Assembly (NCBI GenBank): GCA_903861045.1
Contig: CAIOST010000240.1
Location: 1-59,916, forward strand
Origin: an uncultured bacterium
Lineage (GTDB): Bacteria; Verrucomicrobiota; Kiritimatiellia; RFP12; CAIWXQ01
Direction: 5' to 3'
Length of the DNA: 59,916 bases
Shown here: piece by piece, positions 1 to 9,755 of the stretch
Numbering within the stretch: the first letter of the stretch is position 1
Layout: each line of letters opens with the position of its first letter
Translations under genes and position numbers: made by a program
The notes under the pieces: generated by a model
What the model saw: the letters and a program-made list of their open reading frames with translations, nothing else
Database searches by the model: none
Told to the model about the DNA's origin: nothing

Positions 1-153
1 ACATGAATGGTCTGCACCGATCCTGCCCGTGTCCAAATCCTCTGCCAACCAACACCTCGCCACTGCTAGCATACACAAAAGCGGCTTCTGCGGTTACCAA
101 AAGCCCTTGCTACAGCCAGCCTGCGTTAGGTGGCGCTTCAGGAAAAGACCATG
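1..153. repeat. 153-bp repeat, copy 1 (inverted relative to copy at 59735-59887); may extend beyond window edge
   Basis: Matches the reverse complement of 59735-59887 at 151/153 nt (differences at positions 55 and 100). Confidence 0.95.
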
Positions 154-314
154 CCGGGCCACCCAGCTTTTCCTTTACAGACTCGCGGAAGCTGCTACCA
201 TCACGATACTACAAAAATGCATCGGGTGATGTGGGTGGCGTGGGATGGCGGGGTGGTTAGGGTATTGGGGGTGTCTGGCAGGCCGCGGCCGGCGGTCGCG
301 CGGAAATCAGCCTT

Positions 315-2429
315 ATGGACGATATACTGGAAATCATGGCCGCGGTGGCATGCTTCGCTTTGCTGGCGAACGTCTGTTACGCCGAGCGCCGGCATACCTA
401 TGCCAGGGATGCCCTGGCCCTCGGGTTGCTGCTGTTCGGGGCCGAGTGCCTCTTGGGGGCCCTCGCCGCGCGCGCCACGCTGCTGCCAGAAGCACTCTTT
501 TGGCTGCGCTGGCGCCTGCTGGTCATGGCCCTCTTACCGGGCTGCTGGCTGCTGTTCAGCGCCACCTACGCCCGCGGCGATGCCGCCGTGCTCGTCCGGC
601 GTGACCGGGCGCTGCTGCTGGCACTCGGCGTGCTGCCAACCGGACTCGTACTCTTCTTCTGGTCCAGCTTGCTCCAGGAGGCACACCCGCCGACTGCGCG
701 GCACCAAGGCTGGCTGACGCTGGGTCCGTCCGGCGTGGCGCTGCACATGCTGTTGATCGTAGGCAGCGTGCTCTGCCTAATGAATCTCGAACGCACCCTG
801 CGAACCTCCATCGGCACCATGCGCTGGCGCATCAAATACATGATCGTCGGGCTGGGCATGGTGCTCATCATGCGCTGCTACAGCTCCTCGCAAGCCCTGC
901 TCTACTCGCTGATCGACCTGCGCCTGACGACGTGGGACGCGTTGGCGCTCTTGCCGGGGTGCGCGCTAATGCATCTGGCGGTGCGCCGTGGCTCCCTGCA
1001 CGCGGTGGATCTCTACCCCTCCCATGACGTGCTGTACCGTTCCCTGATACTCATGCTGGCGGCGGCCTATTTACTGTGCGTGGGGCTCTTTGCGGAAATC
1101 GCCACCTATCTGGGGGTCGCCACGTGGTTCCCCCTGCAGGCCTTCATCCTGCTGGTCAGTCTGCTGGGGGTCGCCACCATTTTGCTATCGAATCGTCTGC
1201 GCCAGCAACTGCGCCAGTTCATCACTCATCACTTTCGCCGGGGGGCCTACGACTATCGCCACATCTGGTCGCTCTTTTCCGAGCAGACGGGCACCGCCAC
1301 GGACCCGCCCGCCTTCTGTCGGGCGGCCTCGCGCTTGATCGCCGACACCTTGGAGACGCTTTCTGTCTCGATCTGGCTGCTGGCAGAGGATGGCCAGCGC
1401 CTGACCCTGGGCGGATCCTCGGCGCTCAGCGAGACGCAAGCCCGACAACAAGTCAGCACCGACCGCTATTTGGACGACACCGCGCGGCGCCAGCTGTGCG
1501 CACAGACCGCGCCTGTACCTGTCCGTACCATGGCTGGCGAACTGGGCGCCGTGGTCCGGCAACTCGGCCAGCCGGAGTTTAAGCAAGGGGGCGAATATTT
1601 CTGCCTGGCGCTGGCAGCCCGCGACGAGCTCTGCGGCCTGCTGGTGCTAGGTGACCGCATCGGCGGGGCGGCGTTCACCAGCGAAGAACTGGAGTTACTC
1701 AAAACCATCGGTCACCATGTGACCGCCCATTTGCAGCGCCTGCGGCTGGCGCGCCATCTCGCGGACGCCAAGAAACTCGAAGCGTTCCAGACCATGTCCG
1801 CCTTTTTCGTGCATGACCTGAAGAATACGGCCGCCACCCTCGCCCTGATGCTCCAGAACCTGCCGCGGCATTTTGACGACCCCGCCTTCCGGCGCGACGC
1901 CTTTCAGGCCATCGCGCATAGCACCGAAAAACTCAACTCCCTAATCACGCGTCTCTCCCAGTTTCGCCAGGACCTGGAGCTGCACCCACATCCCACCGAC
2001 CTGCCGGATCTGGCCCGCCAGGTGGTGGCAGGCTGGCACACCAGCCACCCCGCCACCGTGACCCTCGCCTTGGCTGCGGTCCCCCCGGTCATGGTGGACG
2101 ACGAGCAGTTGCAGAAAGTCATCATCAACCTTCTGGCGAACGCCCGCGAATCTTCCAGTCCGGACGCGCCTATCCAGCTGCGCACGGCGCTACGCGATGG
2201 CTGGGTCTGCCTGGAAGTGCTGGATCACGGCTGCGGGATGTCAGCGGCGTTTATGGCGCAAGCCCTCTTTCAGCCGTTTCAAACAACCAAACCGCAGGGG
2301 ATCGGCATCGGTCTCTTCCAAAGCAAGCTGATTGTGGAGGCGCATGGGGGGCGTTTGCAGGTCCAAAGTCAACCTGGTTCAGGGAGCACCTTCTGCATCT
2401 GCCTGCCAACGCAGGAGGAACACACATGA
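315..2429 (+). CDS. prsK: PEP-CTERM system sensor histidine kinase PrsK
   Basis: Multi-TM N-terminus, GAF-like region, H-box FFVHDLKN, N-box NLLANA, DHGCGM, GIGIGLFQ; ~700 aa, directly upstream of an NtrC-type regulator and exosortase. Confidence 0.9.
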   Translation: MDDILEIMAAVACFALLANVCYAERRHTYARDALALGLLLFGAECLLGALAARATLLPEALFWLRWRLLVMALLPGCWLLFSATYARGDAAVLVRRDRALLLALGVLPTGLVLFFWSSLLQEAHPPTARHQGWLTLGPSGVALHMLLIVGSVLCLMNLERTLRTSIGTMRWRIKYMIVGLGMVLIMRCYSSSQALLYSLIDLRLTTWDALALLPGCALMHLAVRRGSLHAVDLYPSHDVLYRSLILMLAAAYLLCVGLFAEIATYLGVATWFPLQAFILLVSLLGVATILLSNRLRQQLRQFITHHFRRGAYDYRHIWSLFSEQTGTATDPPAFCRAASRLIADTLETLSVSIWLLAEDGQRLTLGGSSALSETQARQQVSTDRYLDDTARRQLCAQTAPVPVRTMAGELGAVVRQLGQPEFKQGGEYFCLALAARDELCGLLVLGDRIGGAAFTSEELELLKTIGHHVTAHLQRLRLARHLADAKKLEAFQTMSAFFVHDLKNTAATLALMLQNLPRHFDDPAFRRDAFQAIAHSTEKLNSLITRLSQFRQDLELHPHPTDLPDLARQVVAGWHTSHPATVTLALAAVPPVMVDDEQLQKVIINLLANARESSSPDAPIQLRTALRDGWVCLEVLDHGCGMSAAFMAQALFQPFQTTKPQGIGIGLFQSKLIVEAHGGRLQVQSQPGSGSTFCICLPTQEEHT

Positions 2430-3787
2430 AACCCAGACTGCTGATTGTCGATGACCAGGAGGAACTGCGCACACAAATGCGCTGGGCGCTGGTGGACGAT
2501 TATGAGGTCGCGCCGGCGGAAGATCGCGCCGGCGCCCGCAGCGCCTGCGCCGAACTCCGCCCACCGGTGGTGCTGCTCGACCTGGGACTGCCCCCGCACC
2601 CGAACGACACGACCGAAGGGTTCCTGACCATGGCCGAAATCCTGGCACAGGCCCCCGACACCAAGGTCATCGTCGTCACCGGCCAGGGCGAGCGCCACCA
2701 CGCCATGCAAGCCATCGGCGCTGGCGCCTATGACTTTCTCTGCAAGCCGGTCCAGACCGACGAAATCCGCATCATCCTCAAGCGCGCCTTCTATGTGGCC
2801 GACCTGGAGCGGCAGGTGCAGGCCGCCAGCCAGCAGGACGTTTTGACGGGGTTTGAAGGGATACTCGGCACAAGCCCCCAGATGCAGGCGATCTTCACTA
2901 CCATCCGCAAAGTGGCAACCACCGATGCCCCGGTCTTGGTGCTCGGCGAGAGCGGCACCGGCAAGGAGATGGTGGCCCAGGCCATCCACCGCCGCAGCGC
3001 GCGGCAAGCCGGTCCCTTTGTGGCCATCAACTGCAGCGCGATTCCTGAGGCCCTGCTGGAGAGCGAGCTGTTCGGCCATGAGAAAGGGGCATACACCGGG
3101 GCCCATCAACAGCGCAAGGGGCGCTTTGAAATGGCAGCCGGCGGCACCCTCTTCCTCGACGAAATTGGCGAACTGCCCACCTCCTTGCAGGTGAAACTGC
3201 TCCGCTTTCTTCAGGAACAGCGCATCGAACGCGTGGGCGGCCGCGAAAGCATCGCGGTGGACACACGCATCATCGCCGCCACCAATATGAACCTCCAGCA
3301 AGCCATGCAGGCGCAACGGTTTCGCGAGGATCTCTTCTATCGTCTGGCAGTGGTTGTCATTCACCTGCCCGCCTTACGGGAGCGTGACGGCGATATCCTC
3401 TTCCTGGCCAAGGCCTTTTTAAAAAAGTTCGCCCCTGCGCACCACCCGCACACGCTCAACGGATTCCAGCAACAAGCCTTGCAAGCCATGACCAGGTACG
3501 ACTGGCCCGGTAATGTGCGGGAGATGGAAAATCGTATCCGGCGCGCCACCATCATGGCGGATGGGCGACTCATCTCGCTCGCCGACCTGGACCTTTCTTC
3601 CGTGTCCGCCGCCACGGGGCTCCAGAGCCTGACACTACGCGAAGCCCGTGATCAGCTGGACAAGGAAATGATCGAACGCGCTCACACCCACCACAAAGGG
3701 AAGATCAGCGCCATGGCCGAGGAACTGGGGATCAGCCGCCCAACCTTGTACGAACTGATGGATAAACTCTCTATTAAGAGGCCATAA
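2426..3787 (+). CDS. prsR: sigma-54-dependent response regulator PrsR
   Basis: REC domain with LDLGLPP motif typical of PrsR, Walker A GESGTGKE, GAYTGA loop, LFLDEIG, WPGNVRE, C-terminal HTH LGISRPTLY; ATGA overlap with prsK. Confidence 0.92.
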   Translation: MKPRLLIVDDQEELRTQMRWALVDDYEVAPAEDRAGARSACAELRPPVVLLDLGLPPHPNDTTEGFLTMAEILAQAPDTKVIVVTGQGERHHAMQAIGAGAYDFLCKPVQTDEIRIILKRAFYVADLERQVQAASQQDVLTGFEGILGTSPQMQAIFTTIRKVATTDAPVLVLGESGTGKEMVAQAIHRRSARQAGPFVAINCSAIPEALLESELFGHEKGAYTGAHQQRKGRFEMAAGGTLFLDEIGELPTSLQVKLLRFLQEQRIERVGGRESIAVDTRIIAATNMNLQQAMQAQRFREDLFYRLAVVVIHLPALRERDGDILFLAKAFLKKFAPAHHPHTLNGFQQQALQAMTRYDWPGNVREMENRIRRATIMADGRLISLADLDLSSVSAATGLQSLTLREARDQLDKEMIERAHTHHKGKISAMAEELGISRPTLYELMDKLSIKRP

Positions 3788-3789
3788 GC

Positions 3790-4680
3790 ATGTCCACAGC
3801 CACACCTAAAGTAACAGCAGCCACCTGGCGCACCTTTGGCCTTGGCGTATGCCTCGTGAGCGCGCTGAGCGCCCTGCCACTGGCGCGGCTGGTCCGCTTC
3901 GCCCTGCAATCAAATTTGCAGTCACATATTCTACTGATCCCCCTGATTAGCGCCTATCTGCTCTACCATGACCGCCACGCCATCTTCCAGCGCCCGGCAT
4001 CCGCTACCGACGGCCGCCGCGTCGCACTGCTAACCGGCCTCGCCGCCCTCATGCTGCTGGCACTGCATGCCGCGCTAACTGCCAGCAACCGCATCAGCAG
4101 CGAAGCGGGCGCGCTCTGCCTGCCAATCATGGCCTATATCACCCTGCTGCTCGGCGCCTTCCTCGCCTGCTTCGGCCGTGCCGCGTTTCACGCCGCCCTA
4201 TTTCCACTCCTCTTCCTGTATGTCATGGTGCCCATCCCCGATGCCGCGACTCATGTCATGGGTGTCGCGCTCCAGCATGGCTCGGCCGCCGCCACACATG
4301 GCTTGTTTCTGCTGACCGGCACGCCGGTCATCCGTGACGGGCTGACGTTCTTTCTGCCAGGCTTATCTCTCCACGTGGCCGAAGAGTGCAGTGGCATCCA
4401 TTCCACCCTCGCGCTGCTGATTACCAGCCTGGTGGCAAGCAAGCTCTACTTGCAGCAACTGCCCAGCCGCGTCGTCCTCCTGCTCGCCGTGATCCCGCTC
4501 TGCCTATTGCGCAACGGCATCCGCGTGGTCACTCTGGCGCTGCTGACCATGCATGTCGATCCGGGCATCATGGACAGTCGCCTGCACCACCGCGGCGGAC
4601 CACTCTTTTTCGCGCTCTCGTTGCTACTCTTCTTTGCGATTTTGCTGGGGTTACGTAAATGGGAAAAACGAAACAGATAG
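3790..4680 (+). CDS. exosortase (EpsH family), probably the VPDSG-CTERM-specific type (XrtC-like)
   Basis: About 8 TM segments; catalytic Cys in VAEECSGIHS, Arg in RNGIRV, His in LHHRGG; no fused EpsI; VPDGG-tailed substrates nearby. Confidence 0.88.
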   Translation: MSTATPKVTAATWRTFGLGVCLVSALSALPLARLVRFALQSNLQSHILLIPLISAYLLYHDRHAIFQRPASATDGRRVALLTGLAALMLLALHAALTASNRISSEAGALCLPIMAYITLLLGAFLACFGRAAFHAALFPLLFLYVMVPIPDAATHVMGVALQHGSAAATHGLFLLTGTPVIRDGLTFFLPGLSLHVAEECSGIHSTLALLITSLVASKLYLQQLPSRVVLLLAVIPLCLLRNGIRVVTLALLTMHVDPGIMDSRLHHRGGPLFFALSLLLFFAILLGLRKWEKRNR

Positions 4681-4688
4681 GAGTTGCC

Positions 4689-7600
4689 ATGTCACGCTTT
4701 CACATGAAGCAAAGGCTTGGTCCGTCACGCCTGGCGCTGGTGCTCGCCGGCGGCTTGGCCGTAGCGGCGGGCTGCTCGCCAGCCATGCGCAACGCACGCC
4801 ACATGGCCCGCGGCGATAACTACTTTCAGGCCGGCAAATACCAGGAGGCCACCATAGAATACCTGCACGTAGTCACGGCGGAGCCGGCCAACCCCGTGGC
4901 CAATCGCCAATTGGGCCTGGCGCTGTATGAATCCGGCAAGGGGCGCGCCGCCGTGCCCTACCTGTTGTGCGCCGAAACCGCCGAACCAACCAACCACGCC
5001 GTCACATTGAAACTGGGGACCATCTATCTGACGGCGGGCGACCGCCCCCAAGCCCACCAACGGGCACAGTCGGTCCTGGAACGGAGCAGCGACAACCTGG
5101 ACGCGCTGATTCTGTGGGCCAACTCGGTCACCACCTCCAACGAACTGAACGAGGCCCTGCAGCGGCTGCACCCGCTGCTCCCGCGCTTCCCTAATGAGCC
5201 CGCCTTTCACATCGCCCTTGCGACCCTGTACGGGCTGCAGGGCGATGCGGCGGCGGCAGAAACCATCTATCGCCAGGCACTCACCACCCACCCGAGCTCC
5301 TGGGAACTCCACCTGGCCCTGGGCGACGCCTATCTTGGTCGCCGCGCGACCAGCCAGGCGGAACAGGAATACCAGTCCGCCGCCGCGCTCGCCCCCATCG
5401 CCTCATTGGCACATATCCGCCTGGCGCGTTTCCGACACGCCACCGGTAAAACCGCCGCCGCCAAAACCATATTAACGAACATGCTCCATCAGGTGCCGCT
5501 ACATGGCCCCGCCCTGTTCTGCCTCGCCGAAATCACCTTCAGCGAAAACCAGTACGCCGAAACCGCCGCCCTGTTGAATAAACTGATGCAGGCCGAACCA
5601 TCCAACCTCGCAGCCTTTCTCCTGCTCCAGCGCGTCCACCTCGCGCAAGGCCAGACCGACGAGGCCATCGCCGGCTATGAACGCCTGATCACCCTGTTAC
5701 CCAAGTCCGCCCCCGGCCACTACTATCTCGGGCTAGCCCATCTCCAGCAGGGCGCAGTACCGCAAGCCGTGCGCGCGCTGGAAACCGCCGTAGCCCTGCG
5801 GCCTGATTATGCTGAACCGCTGCGCACACTGGCAGAATTGCAGCTCCGGACCGGCCAGCCGGAAGCCGCCCTGGAACTCCTGAAAGCGTTCACCAAACGT
5901 TTTCCCGACGATCTGCCCGCCAACCTGTTGCTAGCCGCCGCTTATGCCGCGCGGAAAGACGATACCAAGGCCAGCGAAATTTATCGCGCCATGCTGAAAG
6001 TGGCGCCGGAAAACCCCCAGATCCCCTTTCGGCTGGGCCTGCTCCTGCTGCGCCAAAAGAAGGCAACCGAAGCCGAAGCCCAGTTCGAGGCCGCGCTCCA
6101 ACTCGATCCGGCGTTCATGGAACCGCTGTTACAACTGGCCACCCTCGATGCGGCACGCACCAAGCGCTGGGACACCGCCATCCAGCGGATCCGGGATCAG
6201 ATCGAGAAAACGCCGATCAAGGGGGGACTCTACGCGCTGCTCGGCGAAATCCATGCCCGGGCACGCGACTGGCCCGCGGCCGAACGCTCCTTCCAACAAG
6301 CGATCACCAACCAGCCGGAGGCCATCGCCGCCTACTTGGGCTTAAGCCGCGTCTATGAGGCCACCGGTCAACGCGCGCAAGCCCTCACGAACGTCGACAA
6401 GGCCCTGGCCCTTAAACCCAAGGACCTTACCGCGCGTATGCTCAAAGCAAACTTGCTGCAACTGGGGAGCGACTTCGCCGGTGCCGCCACGCTCTATCAA
6501 CAGATCATAGCCCTAACACCTTCTTTAGCGGCAGCCTGGAATAACCTGGCTTGCCTCTATCACGCGCCACTGAACCGGGGCAACGAAGCGTTTGACCTGG
6601 CCAAACAAGCCAGACTCCTCGCCCCCCGCGACCCCGCGATTGCCGACACGCTGGGGTGGATCGCCTACACGCGCGGGGAAACCAAATGGGCGCTGACCCT
6701 GCTCCAAGAGAGCGCCGAAAAACTGCCCGGCGAACCCCAAGTCCAGTACCACCTGGGAATCTGCCAAAGCGCCTTGGGCGACGAGGAGGCGGCCAGGACC
6801 AGCTTGAACCGCGCGCTGGAACTGAGCACGGAGTTCCCCGGCGCCAGCGAAACACGCTCGATGCTGACCGTCCTAGCCACCAGCACCGACCTGCACGAAC
6901 TCGCCACCACCGCGGCATTGGCGGCCTTCGTGGACCAGCACCCCAGCAATTCCATCGCCCTGGTGCGGGCAGGTACGCGCTACGAAGCGCTGGGGGAAAC
7001 GCTGCGTGCACAGCAGGCCTATGAGCGAGCCCTGCAATGCCGTGCCAGCCTCGTCGCCGCGCAGGTGCGCCTGGCCAAACTCTACGCCGGCCCCCTCCAG
7101 CAACCTGAAAAAGCCCTGACCCTCGCCAAGCAGGCTCGGGCTGCGGCCCCGACCGACCCACAGGCCGCCGATCTGCTGGGGTGGCTCGCCTTCCAGCAGG
7201 GCGACTACCAACGCGCACGCAGCCTGTTGGCCGATAGCGCCGCACAAGGCACCATGGATCCGGAACAACTCTATCATTGGGGCATGCTGCAATACGTAAC
7301 AGGAAAAACCACCCTCGCCACCAATCTGATCGCCCAGTCGCTGGCCACATCCGTCCCCTTCTCCGCCGCCCCCGACGCCCGTCGCTTCCTGGAACAATGC
7401 CGCAACCCCGCCGACGCCCTCCGCCTCATAAAATCCACCGGCGTAACCCCTTCACTCCGCCCCGAGTTGTTGCCCGGGCTGATGGCACTGGCCGACGCGT
7501 ATACGCGTGACGACGAAACGGAAAAAGCACTGGCGCTCTGCGAAAAACTAACGCAACAGTTCCCTGATTTCACCCCGGCGTATCGGGCCCTGGCCCTGGG

Positions 7601-7931
7601 ATGCCTCGGCCAGACGAATGCGGCGGATAGCCGCTATCCCCTGCTGACCAAAGCCCGGGAATTACTCCCGGAAGACCCCTACGTAGGGTTCGCGCTCGGC
7701 GCCGCCGCTGCCCGTCAGGGACAACATGCCTACGCCGCCCGCATCCTGCAGGCCAGTGCCAACCAACTCCCCGACCGCGCCGACCTCCATTACCTGCTCG
7801 GCCAGACGTACTACCAGCTTTCCAAGCCCGCGGCGGCCCGCCAGGCCCTGCAACAGGCCTTGCGCCTGGACCCGAATCCGCAATCGCCCGCCGCCGTCGG
7901 CGCGCGCGCCCTGCTCATCCAAACCATGTAG
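4689..7931 (+). CDS. large TPR-repeat lipoprotein, PrsT-like
   Basis: Start moved to ATG 4689 after GGAG; lipobox-like VAAGC; many TPRs; IADTLGWIAY and YHLG motifs typical of PrsT. Confidence 0.8.
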   Translation: MSRFHMKQRLGPSRLALVLAGGLAVAAGCSPAMRNARHMARGDNYFQAGKYQEATIEYLHVVTAEPANPVANRQLGLALYESGKGRAAVPYLLCAETAEPTNHAVTLKLGTIYLTAGDRPQAHQRAQSVLERSSDNLDALILWANSVTTSNELNEALQRLHPLLPRFPNEPAFHIALATLYGLQGDAAAAETIYRQALTTHPSSWELHLALGDAYLGRRATSQAEQEYQSAAALAPIASLAHIRLARFRHATGKTAAAKTILTNMLHQVPLHGPALFCLAEITFSENQYAETAALLNKLMQAEPSNLAAFLLLQRVHLAQGQTDEAIAGYERLITLLPKSAPGHYYLGLAHLQQGAVPQAVRALETAVALRPDYAEPLRTLAELQLRTGQPEAALELLKAFTKRFPDDLPANLLLAAAYAARKDDTKASEIYRAMLKVAPENPQIPFRLGLLLLRQKKATEAEAQFEAALQLDPAFMEPLLQLATLDAARTKRWDTAIQRIRDQIEKTPIKGGLYALLGEIHARARDWPAAERSFQQAITNQPEAIAAYLGLSRVYEATGQRAQALTNVDKALALKPKDLTARMLKANLLQLGSDFAGAATLYQQIIALTPSLAAAWNNLACLYHAPLNRGNEAFDLAKQARLLAPRDPAIADTLGWIAYTRGETKWALTLLQESAEKLPGEPQVQYHLGICQSALGDEEAARTSLNRALELSTEFPGASETRSMLTVLATSTDLHELATTAALAAFVDQHPSNSIALVRAGTRYEALGETLRAQQAYERALQCRASLVAAQVRLAKLYAGPLQQPEKALTLAKQARAAAPTDPQAADLLGWLAFQQGDYQRARSLLADSAAQGTMDPEQLYHWGMLQYVTGKTTLATNLIAQSLATSVPFSAAPDARRFLEQCRNPADALRLIKSTGVTPSLRPELLPGLMALADAYTRDDETEKALALCEKLTQQFPDFTPAYRALALGCLGQTNAADSRYPLLTKARELLPEDPYVGFALGAAAARQGQHAYAARILQASANQLPDRADLHYLLGQTYYQLSKPAAARQALQQALRLDPNPQSPAAVGARALLIQTM

Positions 7932-7983
7932 CCGTCCTGCCGCACCGCTCACCACCACACCACTACCCGGAGTACTAGCCCCC

Positions 7984-9237
7984 ATGCAACCGCATATGCC
8001 AAAGCAAGCCAGCGCCCCCCACCTGCCCAACCGACGGCCAACCGCCCTCGCAGCCCCCCTGCTCATCCTCGTGTTCCTCCTATACGCGGGCTTGCCCGCC
8101 CTGGCCCAAAGCCCCGGCAGCACGTCGCCTTGGCAATTCTCCAGCAGCCTAGGGAGTTCTTACAACGACAACCGCGACGGCGTCGCCACCAACCGCCAGG
8201 ATAACCTGGAACTCACCACCGGCAGCCGCGGCACCTACCAACTCCGCGACGGCGACCGTACGGAACTTAACCTGACAATAGCCCCTATCGCCCGCTGGCA
8301 AAGCAACCCTGCCGCCTCAACCGACGCCAACGACACGCTGGATGGCACCAAGCTGTTCGGCTCAGCCGCCCTGGACCTGAAGCATCAACTGACGCCTTCG
8401 CTCACCGCCACCGCCGGCGATGCACTGCGCTACAGCGATGACGCCGAAGTCCCGGAACAGGATACCATCCAGCGCAACCGCACCACCTCGTATCTGGTGC
8501 ATACCGCCTACGTGGGCACCGATGCACAAGTAGCACCCGACGTAGTGGTTGCGCTCCAAGGCTCTACCATCGGCATACGCTATAGCGACCAAGCCGCTGC
8601 CCAGGAAAATGACTCCGACACCTACGCCGGCTCGGTCACAACCACCTACCAACTCGACCCGGAGCTCGCGCTCTTCGGGCAAGTGGGTGTCTCCGAGTAT
8701 CAAGGCGCGGCTACCAGTGGCAGCGACGACGTCCTCCTCGCTTCCTATGCCGCTGGCTTTACGTTCATGTTTTCGCGCGACTTGATTACCAAGATCAGTG
8801 GCTCTTACCAGACCGCGCAGTACCAATCCGACCAGCCCTCGTCCAGTATGCCGGGTGCCCAAGCGGATCTCACCTTCCAAGCCACCAAGCCCACACGCTA
8901 CCACCTCACCGCCAACTACGGTTACTCCGACCCGAATGTTGCCGAAACTTCGGTGCAAAAGAAGCTCGCCCTCATCGGCAGCGTGGATCACGATTTGATA
9001 GCCGAGAGACTGACCGTCGGCACCCAGCTTCAGTACACCGACAGTCAGGATGCCAACGATCAGGACCGCCGCGCCGACAACTCCGAACAAATGATTAGAA
9101 TGCGCGGCTATGGCACCTATCACCTCACGCGGCAATGGTCCACCACCCTTGGCTATACCTTCGAAGATTGGACCTCGGTCCAGCGCGACTCCTTCCAGCG
9201 CAACACGCTCGACGCGTCTATGCTCTATACGTGGTGA
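7984..9237 (+). CDS. outer-membrane beta-barrel protein associated with EPS export
   Basis: Signal peptide ending PALA-Q, alternating beta-strand pattern, terminal aromatic (MLYTW); start approximate (7984 or 7996). Confidence 0.75.
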   Translation: MQPHMPKQASAPHLPNRRPTALAAPLLILVFLLYAGLPALAQSPGSTSPWQFSSSLGSSYNDNRDGVATNRQDNLELTTGSRGTYQLRDGDRTELNLTIAPIARWQSNPAASTDANDTLDGTKLFGSAALDLKHQLTPSLTATAGDALRYSDDAEVPEQDTIQRNRTTSYLVHTAYVGTDAQVAPDVVVALQGSTIGIRYSDQAAAQENDSDTYAGSVTTTYQLDPELALFGQVGVSEYQGAATSGSDDVLLASYAAGFTFMFSRDLITKISGSYQTAQYQSDQPSSSMPGAQADLTFQATKPTRYHLTANYGYSDPNVAETSVQKKLALIGSVDHDLIAERLTVGTQLQYTDSQDANDQDRRADNSEQMIRMRGYGTYHLTRQWSTTLGYTFEDWTSVQRDSFQRNTLDASMLYTW

Positions 9238-9444
9238 TCCCTGTTTGAAAACGCAACTTGCACCGCAGCGCGGCTGTTTCAATCGGCAACACCCGCGCGC
9301 CAGAACATGTTGGAACCTGCAACAAGGGCCGTCCATGAACCTGCATCAAACACGTGGCTAAAAATATATTTTCCCCCGGGCTGGGCGGTCTGAAAAACCG
9401 ATGAAGCCAGCAGGTCGCGCCACCGCGTAACTTGGCATGCTCAC

Positions 9445-9484
9445 AAAAAAAAAGCAGGGCCCCGCCGCAGCGGTGCCCTGCTTT
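9445..9484 (-). terminator. intrinsic terminator-like hairpin (U-tract on minus strand; possibly bidirectional)
   Basis: A9-GCAGGGC...GCCCTGC-TTT stem. Confidence 0.55.
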
Positions 9485-9727
9485 GGCATGCTTGTTTTCG
9501 CACGCCTGATAATAGTTAGCCGCATAAAAGCCAGCCAACCGCCTGCTTACCATACCTCCCGCAACTTTTTTGGCCGCGGCGGGGCGGCCACGGTCGCGTA
9601 GCGCGATCCTCGCCTCAGCTTGGCACAGAATGCCGCAAATCGTGCCGCGCTCCCGCGCTCCTGCCGCGTAGCCGCGCCCTGCCCCCGGCCCCCGTCGCCA
9701 GCTGGCGCCCCCTTGGCCAACATAAAT

Positions 9728-9743
9728 TGGCACGCTTCCCGCT
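9728..9743 (+). promoter_or_regulatory. possible sigma-54 promoter
   Basis: TGGCACGCTTCCCGCT has GG-N10-GC with a perfect -24 and weak -12; very close to the ATG at 9756. Confidence 0.35.
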
Positions 9744-9755
9744 CACACCAACCCC

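Noticed and set aside
1-156. Cobalamin riboswitch (GCCACTG and a TCAGG..AGACC.TGCC-like end)
   Set aside because: The conserved GGGAA and GGGAAG segments are missing, and the second copy diverges right after GACCATG
163-179. TTTACA box upstream of prsK
   Set aside because: Lacks the CGTCGG half and no sigma-54 site was found downstream
3-260. Short ORFs at both window ends (3-260, 29-229, 59644-59859, 59691-59912)
   Set aside because: They are translations of the 153-bp repeat with no protein-like features
3087-3104. GAYTGA instead of GAFTGA in PrsR as a sign of sigma-54 independence
   Set aside because: The Tyr variant occurs in functional sigma-54 activators, and sigma-54 promoters are present at the likely targets
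9218-9733. 171-aa minus-strand ORF in the intergenic gap
   Set aside because: Runs through a terminator hairpin, has low-complexity composition and the GGAGG is too close to the internal ATG
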